Source: the human T2T-CHM13v2.0 reference genome, Homo sapiens
Strand: one strand, 5' to 3'
NCBI RefSeq assembly: GCF_009914755.1
Contig: NC_060934.1
DNA: 64,000 nucleotides
Shown here: positions 54,150 through 64,000 of the stretch, one piece after another
How the letters are laid out: every line of letters starts with the position of its first letter
Numbering within the stretch: the first letter of the stretch is position 1
Translations under genes and position numbers: made by a program
Notes under the pieces: generated by a model
Seen by the model: the letters and a program-made list of their open reading frames with translations, nothing else
What the model was told of the DNA's origin: nothing
Databases searched by the model: none

Positions 54150-54828
54150 TAATAATAAATGTTGACAAAAATTGGGGTAAATGGAGTTCTTATACATTAA
54201 TGAATGGAGCTGTCACTTGGTTCAAATACTTAGAAAAATTTTTATGGTATTCACTAGAGCTAAGCATTTCCCTATCCCATGACCCAGAAATTATTAATAC
54301 AATATGCATGATACGGGCACACAAGAAATGGAGTGCATATGTCCATCCAAAGAATGTTCATAGCAGCTTGATTCCTGATACATAAAATGGAAAATTATCC
54401 AAGTACTCTTCAGTAAGAATGTGGGAAACAAATCATGGTCTCTCTAAACCTGCATGAAATGAAAGAGCTACAGATACACAAAGCATAAATGAATCTCATA
54501 GTCTCTATGTCAAGCAAAAGAATCCAGATACATGATAATACATACTTCATGATTTTATTTGTATGAAATTCAAGAACAGACAAAACTAATTTATGGCAAT
54601 GACAGTCAGAATAGTGTTACATATTGGAGTGTCATATTGGCTCTGAAGTTATTAAAAAAAAAAACTTCTGCTGTCATAGAAACTTCAATATATTGATCCC
54701 AGTAGTGTTTATTGGAGTGCACACATGCACAATAATTTATCCAGGGCTATATATATGAAAATCCAGCAAATTGTCAAGGAAAAGCAAGCATTTTATTGTA
54801 TGTAAGTTATGATTAAATAAGAAGTTAT
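54150..54828 (+). mobile_element. Old L1M (L1ME-like) 3' end
   Basis: 'ccatgacccagaaatt', 'agaatgttcatagcagctt', 'atgaatctca', 'gacaaaactaatttatgg', 'ttttattgtatgtaagttat'. Confidence 0.75.
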
Positions 54829-57111
54829 ATAAAGCAGTTTGAACGGTATCTGACAAATAATGTGCAAACATATTCAGGAGAACATTAGCTATAGGTCAAA
54901 ATAAGTGTTATTTAAAACCCTTACATACCAATTCCCAATTACATTTAGATAAAAGTGAACATAAACTGGTCACAAAAATACTGTTTAATAATAATTTAAT
55001 AATTGACCAAGTGTTCTCTAAATTACACATTATAAACAGATGTTTAGAATACCAACTGCACATCAATAAAATATTACACAATTTAATTTAGATGGTAGGA
55101 AATATATGCATATTGAAACAATGTTTAGGAGATTTTAGAGAAAAATAATTTACCATCCATCTGTGAAACTGGTAAGATGCTTAATGGAACTCTCATTTAG
55201 TGCACAAAACATAAGATTTGACATGGTAGATATAATAGGCATTACTCTTTATAAAAGAGTTGATCCACTTTTAAAATCAAACCAAATTCATTATTTTTTT
55301 TTGACATTAACAGAAATGAAGGTCAGATGCAGTCTGTTGTATTTAATATATTATTTGATAAACTTATTTTGACAGATGTCTTATACAATATTCCTTCTCC
55401 AGGAAAAAATATTTGGGGTTTTTTAAGAGTTAAAGTAATATTGTTTTGCATTTTCAGCCAGATTTTATTAGCAATTAGCTGGTGAATATAACAAAAATAT
55501 GGATTTTTTTTGGTTGGATACCATCTTGTATTAAACATCATAGAGATAAGAGACTCTGATTTTCAGTCCCTATTGAATCTTTATTATAGCTTAAGATTTT
55601 TTTTTATTTTTGTGACATATCCTGTTAGTTCTAAGTAAAAGCACTCAGCATGACTAGGATCACTTTTTATCTACTTTTCTATCAGCAGTTTTTCAGGTAC
55701 AGCATAGTTACCTATATTATTCACTTACATGTCACTTATCTTCAGGAGCTAATCTGCTACAATTACCAAGAAATGTAAGATCCTAAGTATCTCAACATAT
55801 CTTTTGTTTTTATCTTTTCTAGCATAATTTTGTTATTTTATGTGACATTTACACTTGTCTCAGGAATGCAAGATTAGGAAACTAAGTGATATGACTAAAG
55901 GTGCACCTGGTTTGCTATCAGATCTAAATTCAAATCTAGAGGTATGGCTTACTCATGTAAAATTATTTAATCTCTTTTAACATGGGAATTATAACTACAT
56001 TACAAGATGTTTGCAACAATAAAGATGAAATCACGTGACTAATTATTGTTCCATAATCAGTTGATAAGTGGCACTTAATTTTATGAAGGTTCATTTCTTA
56101 CACTGACTTGAAACCCCAGCAAACCCAAGAAGTGACCCACTTATCTAGTCAATGGCCAACTATTGTTTTCAGTAGCCCAAACATTTGGGATTTTCACCTT
56201 TCACTGTAACTTTCCCAAACAATTTTCATGAGATTCATACGGCACTTTTTTTCTTTCTTGTTCTCAGCCTCTCAAAGCATGACACTGTGTTTGAACAAGA
56301 TAGCAAACCACTGCAAATCCCGTTTGTCTGAACTGCTAAAAAAAATTAGTTAAAAAATAGACGTTGTCACACTTTTCAGACAAGAAAATGTTTAGCTATT
56401 CCATTGTCAGTGTAAGATAATAATATCACACTAAAATAAAGGGACTTTTTTTTCTTAATTTCCATAGCCTATGGATATTCATTTCAATATCTGAGAAAGC
56501 AATGACAAGGCAATGTGGAACAGGCACTCCACTTCATTAGCTAGTTCATCCCACTCTGAATATCTAAGTTTAAGTGCCAATTTCTTCAGAGACAGGATGA
56601 AATTTGTAAATTTTATTTCCTCTGTCTCTTCCATAACCAAAACCACTGGGGGGTTATATACAGTGCCATTCTCCAGATGGCTTATGTTATGAGACTATTT
56701 ATAAAAGAAAGATTGATGTTTGGCAGGAAAAAAAATAAAATGGTCCTACAGTGACCTAGAAGACAAAATATGCCCTATACTCCCATATAAAAAAGTTATT
56801 TCTCTCTCTGAATAGATATTCCACACGGAGGAAACCGACTCAGAATGTTTCACAGCAGCATGAGTTATTTTCTGGGTCACTTCTTTTTTTTTAATACTTT
56901 TCCTGCCTTTGATAAAGTTTCCTTTGCAATGTTTTAGATATTGAAATCTGGGAGTTTCAAAGACTAATCCCAAGGAATCACATTATAGCAAATAATTAAT
57001 CTTGATATTGGCAATTTCCTGACCTACATATTAAGCTATTGCTTATTTCACTAAACATTTTTCTTCATTAAAGGCAAAGGAAATAAATTCTGAGTTTCAT
57101 AGATGAAAGAA

Positions 57112-57143
<32 letters not shown>

Positions 57144-57280
57144 CACATATAGATACATGCACAAAGACACATAGACATATGTACATGCATACATGTACAT
57201 ACATACATATATATGAATACCTGCACACACTTATATGTATAATGTATTTTATGAGTTTATATGTATATACACATATAATC
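57112..57280. repeat. (CT)n(TA)n and CATA-rich simple repeats
   Basis: Direct inspection. Confidence 0.85.
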
Positions 57281-58344
57281 TGTTTATTGTAACATGTGAA
57301 TTAAAATATAGAGAAAAAATAGATATAAAATATGCCTGCATAGGTAGATTTCCTTTCCTATCCTTTCAAAATGGCTTTTTTTTTTTTTTTGATAATTGCA
57401 AGATACTTTAAAAAAGATGAAGTAAATTTTGCCTGGGAGGATAAATACTTAAAAATTTACTTGCTACTTTGTGTAAGAGACACTGTCCTCAACCTGGACA
57501 TACTGCTCTTTGTACACTGTAGTGTGTAATTTTGATGTGTCATGCAGGAATTTTTCCCCTCACGAGTTATGTCAGAAATTCTAGGGTGGCTTACGATATT
57601 GGAGATATTCAATATTCATTATAGCAAGCACCAATTAAAGAAGAACAGAATATAATCTAGAAAAGCAATTTCAATATGAAACTGTAACACAATATGTTCA
57701 TTTACCTTGATTATATTTAGATTTCAAGCCAGCTGTTGTATCATAAACACTGTTTGTTTCATTGCCAAAATTAATGTGCCTAGTCTGAGTTATTTAGAAA
57801 AATACATATGCAATTATGTTAAAATTAAAGAAGTTATGAAATATGATTATTAATCAAAATGCTTTACATTGATTTAAAACAAGATAATGCATTTATAAAA
57901 TGAGTTCTACTGCATCCCCTCTTCAGGTTAATAGTTTGAGAGTTCATCATTTTTTATTTTTCTCAGAAGAAAATAAATGTAAATGGTTTAAATTCAAATT
58001 TAATAATTCAATAAATTAAATTCTCATATGCTAAGTTACATTTAATCCATGAATAATGATAGTTTTTCAACTTATGTGTGTTTTTAACTTTATCATGCAT
58101 TTAGTACTGGAGATATTTGTCTTAAATATTCATGATGAGTTAAATAACTTTTTGTGTACATGGAAGTTCAAAGAGCCAATTTTTGTACTTTCTTCTTTCA
58201 ATTATATTATATATATCCCAGAGGTTAATATAGACATATTGAGAGTAGTGTTGCAGCTTGATACACAATTAGGTAAACTATGGGTCCCTTAAATAATGAT
58301 AAAGCCATAATCCAATAATCCTGATGCTAAAACATAATTTACTG

Positions 58345-58590
58345 AATAATACTAATATTAGCTTATATTTGCTGCATGTATGCTTCCAGTGCACCAAGTA
58401 CAGTGCTAAGTTATACACAAAACACACACACTCATATTTATATGTCAGAGTAAATTTATAATCTTGATATTATTATTCTCACCATCTTACATATTCAGAA
58501 AATGAATTTTGGAGGCATTCAAAATCCTGGCATGTTGGTCAAGAACTTACATTTGCAGAGCATTGATCTTAACTGTGATGTTATAGTGAT
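58345..58590 (-). mobile_element. MIR
   Basis: 'gtgcaccaagtacagtgctaag...tattattattctcaccatcttacatattcagaaaatga'. Confidence 0.55.
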
Positions 58591-58789
58591 TCATTGTCTT
58601 TCTTTCTTTCTTAAACCATTACATTACAATTTCCCCTTGGTGTAAATAACAGCCCTTTTCTCTCTTCATCATTGTTTTATCTCAAAGAAAGAGTATGACA
58701 GGTATGTTAAAAGCTATTGTCTATGTGTCTCTTATTGTATACCAAGCTGTTTGAAGTAGTTAACGTAATAAATTCATTTAATTCCAATA

Positions 58790-58960
58790 CCAATGTTACA
58801 GGAGATGAACCATTTCAATTTTTTAGAGATAAAGAAACAGAGGCATCAACAGAATAAAACTTTCCTTAAATTGCAAAGCCCAATGGTGATAGAGTCATGA
58901 AATATGAACCCAGTTTGTCTTGCTCCAAAATCTGTGTTTTCAGTCATCACTGTGCTTTCA
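58790..58960 (-). mobile_element. MIR
   Basis: 'ttttagagataaagaaacagaggc...tgaacccagtttgtcttgctccaaaatctgtg'. Confidence 0.65.
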
Positions 58961-59032
58961 TTCAAAGCAAGGATACTTGCTCTTTCAAGTAGATTATCAT
59001 TTTATGCTTATTATTATTGTAATGGAGGAATA

Positions 59033-59149
59033 AGACATATACCCAGGAAAAATAACTAGCAATATAACTAGACATATACCCAGGAAATATATACTAGACA
59101 TATACCAAATAACTAGACATATACCCAGTAAAAATAATTAGCAATATAA
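59033..59149. repeat. Short irregular tandem repeat (AGACATATACC core x4)
   Basis: A full ~37-nt unit, two truncated units, then a second full unit. Confidence 0.85.
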
Positions 59150-59412
59150 GCCGAACGTGATGAGCGACTATATATAGTATGAATGAGAAGCACTACTGTA
59201 ATTTAGAAGTAAAAAAAAAAAATCAATTATTTCCCCACTTTAGCTTCCTAATAGCCTTTGTCTCACCTTCTCTATATGTTTATATACAATTCAACATATG
59301 TTAAAAATGTTATAGCAATTCATGCTACCTTTTAACTTACTGAATTTCAGTCATTCGCTCTGCTTTGCCTAGCAGTAGCCAAATTACACACACAAGACAT
59401 GGAAGAAGAAAA

Positions 59413-59712
59413 TTTTTTTTTTTTTTTTTTGGAGACGGAGTCTTGCTCTGTGGCCCAGGCTGGAGTGCACTGGTGGGATCTCGGCTCACTGCAACCTCTG
59501 CCTCCCGAGTTCGAGCTATTCACCTGCCTCAGTCTCCTGAGTAGCTGGGATTACAGGCATCAGCCACCACGCCTGGCTAACTTTTGTATTTTTAGTAGAG
59601 ACGGGATTTCACCATATTGGTCAGGCTGCTCTCGAATTCCTGACTCAAGTGGTCTCCCAGCTTCGGCCTCCCAAAGTGCTGGGATTACAGGCATGAGCCA
59701 CTGCGCCCGGCC
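59413..59712 (-). mobile_element. AluS (Sx/Sz-like)
   Basis: Poly-T plus a full antisense Alu ending CGCCCGGCC. Confidence 0.92.
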
Positions 59713-59750
59713 AGAAATTTCATTTTAGCTTATGTTAGAAATGTAGTAGA

Positions 59751-60063
59751 AGCCGGGCGCTGTGATTCACGCCTGTAATCCCATCACTTTGGGAAGCCGA
59801 GGCAGGTGGATCACGAGGTCAGGAGTTCAAGATCAGCCTGGCCAAGATGGTGAAACCCTATTTCTACTAAAAATACAAAAAAAAAAAAAAAAAAAATTAG
59901 GCGGGCATGGTGGTGGGTGCCTATAATCCCAGCTACTCCGGAGGCTGAGGCAGAGAATTTCTTAAACCCGGAAGGCGGAGGATGTAGTGAGCTGAGATTG
60001 CGCCACTGCACTCCAGCCTGGGTGACAGAGGGAAACTCCATCTAAAAAAAAAAAAAAAAAAAA
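59751..60063 (+). mobile_element. AluSg-like with expanded middle A-tract
   Basis: 'gatcacgaggtcaggagttcaag', ~20-A linker, A-tail; TSD-like GTAGTA flanks. Confidence 0.92.
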
Positions 60064-62645
60064 GTAGTAAAGGAGACATGCGTGATAGATTTAAACAAAA
60101 TGTATATCTAATAATATAACTATCAAATAAAGTATTTCTGTGATAAAATTTATTGTGGAAATATTCATGAATGTCATAGATGAGATTTGCTTTTTCATTG
60201 TTTTATTAAACATCTGTGCTTCCATTTTGAAATAATACTTGAAATCCCACTGTTTATCTTACTTTCCTTTGTCAGTCATAATCTTTGAAAATATGTAGTG
60301 CAAGTGCTGAACTGCATCCACACTAGTTCTTTCCTAATTAAGAGTTGCAGCATATCACTGAAACAAAAGAAAAATATTTTTATTTTTTCAGGTCCTTAAA
60401 TTATCTATAGCTTTAGACACTATTGACCAATTGTCAGTGAATCAGAATCTCCTTCCTTACTGTTCTTAATGACTTTGTACAGTTTGTATCTCATTCTGAA
60501 GTATAATGGCTACTTTTACTTTCTTAATTTTCCTCACCTCTGCTTAGTGTGATAGCCAGTTTGGATATTCATTGCCTATTACGACCTCCTACACAAGTTT
60601 ATTCCATTTTTTTCCATCATCCCAGTCATGTACCATTCACACTGTAGTTATCTGAGTAGGTAACATAGTATTACCTCAAAAATCAACATATTAAAATGTA
60701 ATTTATCTTTTTCTTTCAACTGTCTTTCCCATGAAGTTGACACCACTTACCTTTCAATGGCTTTATATTCTGAACTCATCCTGCTAGATCTTGTTTTAAA
60801 TGTAAGCCCTATTATCTCTTTCAATAGAGCTCTCAATTATTTCTTCTTTCTTTATGTCTAATGCCTTCAAGTTAGTTCATGCCCTAATGAATTCTCTCTG
60901 AATTATCCTAACAGCTTCCTGGATATAATCACAGGTACAATATAAGGACATACAACAAACATAAGGACATAAAGCCAGAGCACACACAATCTCTAATTAT
61001 AAACTTCAAGGATAAATGTAATTAAATCACATGCTATTAAAAGTATTAAAGTAAAAGTATTTCATTAATGGTAATCGCTTGGCACTTCTCTAAGCCAGAT
61101 ACATTTAGTCCTTAAGAAAAATACTATTTATGTAAAGAAAAATTTTCCATACGGACGAGTTTTGTCTTTCCAAAACACATTTTTTTCAGTCTTACTCACG
61201 ATGAATTATTTAAATTATGACAATGCTTTTGTAGAATAATTGTGAGATGAGCGAGAATAGCTACTCTAACTTTTTAAACATTTACAAAAAAATACTGTGC
61301 CATGGTTATATTGGAGAAAGAATTTTTAAAAATTATCACCTCTACCCAAGTAATTATATAATCCTATTGTATATCTTTGTATTTGAAACTGTAATCCTTT
61401 TGTCACCATTTTTTTAAATAGTTACTTAAAATGCTCACCACTTCTTTTTACTAGGTGAGCCACCTAGTTATGTAAAATAAACAAGTACTTCTCAGAGGCC
61501 AGATTGAAACAATTTTATTTAGCTTAAATTCTTCCTAGCTACCTACTTTCTTCCTTTCAAAACTCTTATTTTCAAAAAGATATTAAGATACCAGCACTAT
61601 TCATTTATATCACATTGATTATGTAAATAAATTGAAAACGTTTCCTTACAAATTAAAAGAGAAAAAAGTAACTTGCAATAACCCTGATATTTTTATCTCT
61701 ATTTATTCAATAAACAGCATCTTTTTGCTCTAAAACACACTTTTGAATACTTGCAGAAGGAAATCCAGATTTTGATTAAATTTTCTATTGATTGCTATGC
61801 AATTCTGTATGAATCATGGTTCCTTAATAATTCCACTGTAAGTTTCAGATTGAATAAGATGGTTGTCGATAGACTTGGACTTCAACACTGTAGCTTTATA
61901 TAAGTCATTTGAACCTTCAGATTCTTAAAAATGCCATAATGTCAGTATAACACAATAATTTTTTGATTCTGGGTCACCAAACAAAATGTTCATAAAAAGT
62001 CATTCATCCAGTGTTAGTGGCAACATAATAGAAGCAGGTGGAAATAACAAATATTTTTTATCATCCACTTCTACACATCCTCCTGGTTCAGGGCCTAAAT
62101 AGCAAGTGTTTATTCCTGGTAAGTACATTATCTTCTTGAAATGATATATTTTGCTTTTAAGTGGTATTACAGTGAGCTAGAAGTTATAATACATTCCCAT
62201 TATGCATCTAATATTTATTTGAATGTACCCATTGATAAGATACCATACTTATATATCAATGTTTCATAATTCTTTAAAATGGATGGATATAAAGATTAAG
62301 ATACATTTAAAGATAACAAATCAATATTAGTGAAGTTATTTTGTTAAGGCTGAATATAATGTGCTGAATATTCAGACATCTACATAAAAGGGAAATCTGT
62401 GGTTCTGTGTTCTGCCTCAGGAGGTAGAAAAAGGATGGATAGATATAGATAGATAGTGAATGGTAAGAAATCAATGGACCAAACAACGATCTGCAAATCA
62501 TGGTTGGTTATGAAGTGTCTTGCAAGTAATATGTTCTTCTTCACTGTTAAGGTAGCTGATAATTTTTTGCAGTTGCTCTTCAATAAACCACTATTATTCA
62601 CTCTCAGTTTAAGTAGTTCTACTGAGTAGAATTTACGTTGCAGCT

Positions 62646-63409
<764 letters not shown>

Positions 63410-64000
63410 GAAAATTGGTACTAGGAGTGGGGCATTGCTATAAAGATGCCTGAAAAGGTGGAAGCAACTTTTGGAACTGTGTAATGGGCAGAGGTTGGCA
63501 TAGCTGGGGGGCTCAGAAGAAGACAGGGAAATGAGAGAAAGTTTGGAACTTCCTAAAGACTTGTTGAATGGTTATGAACAAAATGCTGATAGTGATATGG
63601 ACAATAAAGTCCAGGCTAAGGTGGTCTCAGATGGAGATGAAAAAGTTATTGGGAAACGGAGCAAAGATCACTCTTGCTATGCTTTAGCAAAGAGATTGGT
63701 GGCATTGTGCCCCTGATCTAGAGATCTGCAGAACTTTGAACTTAAGAGAGATGATTTAGGGTATCTGGCAGAAGAAATTTCTAAGCAGCAAGGCATTCAA
63801 TATGTGGCCTGGTTGCTTATAAAAGCCAATGCTCATTTAAATAAGTAAAAACAACTTATATTTAAAAGGGAATGAGATCATAAAAGTTTGGAAAATTTGC
63901 AGCCTGACCACGTGGAAGAAAAAAAAAATTTCTGGGGAGAAATTCAAGCCCACTGCAGAAATTTATATAAGTAAAGAAGAGCAGAATATAAATAGCCAAG
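63410..64000 (+). mobile_element. MST-int (MaLR internal region), runs off the window
   Basis: GAAAATTGGTAC start right after the LTR; ORF 63531-63716 (ESLELPKDLLNG..NADSDMDN.VQA.VVSDGDE) is the typical MaLR internal remnant. Confidence 0.88.

Noticed and set aside
59033-59149. CRISPR-like repeat-spacer array
   Set aside because: The intervening sequences are truncations of the same unit, not unique spacers; the context is eukaryotic with no cas genes.

Overview
AT-rich, repeat-dense primate genomic DNA, almost certainly human given a near-consensus AluYa5. It is intronic or intergenic: I found no host protein-coding exon, tRNA/rRNA or CRISPR. All recognisable ORFs derive from retroelements: the L1 ORF2 C-terminus, a decayed ~5.7 kb class I ERV provirus (38.6-44.3 kb, gag-pro-pol plus env tail), MST-int and Alu read-throughs. 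Other repeats include Alu, L1, L2, MIR, MaLR/ERV1 LTRs (THE1D, MSTA, LTR8, MER41B) and DNA-transposon fossils. Repeat family names are recalled from consensus sequences, not from a search. The most notable unexplained structure is a recurring class of short local copy-paste events: three 100-175 bp segments, each duplicated 1.0-1.3 kb away into the interior of an older repeat (two direct, one inverted). There is also a cluster of microsatellite-flanked inverted duplications at 22.5-24.3 kb. These look like fossils of templated double-strand-break repair or replication template switching rather than a new gene system. Further points of interest are a MER41B LTR with both GAS/STAT motifs intact, a candidate polymorphic AluYa5, and an inverted Alu pair 38 bp apart.
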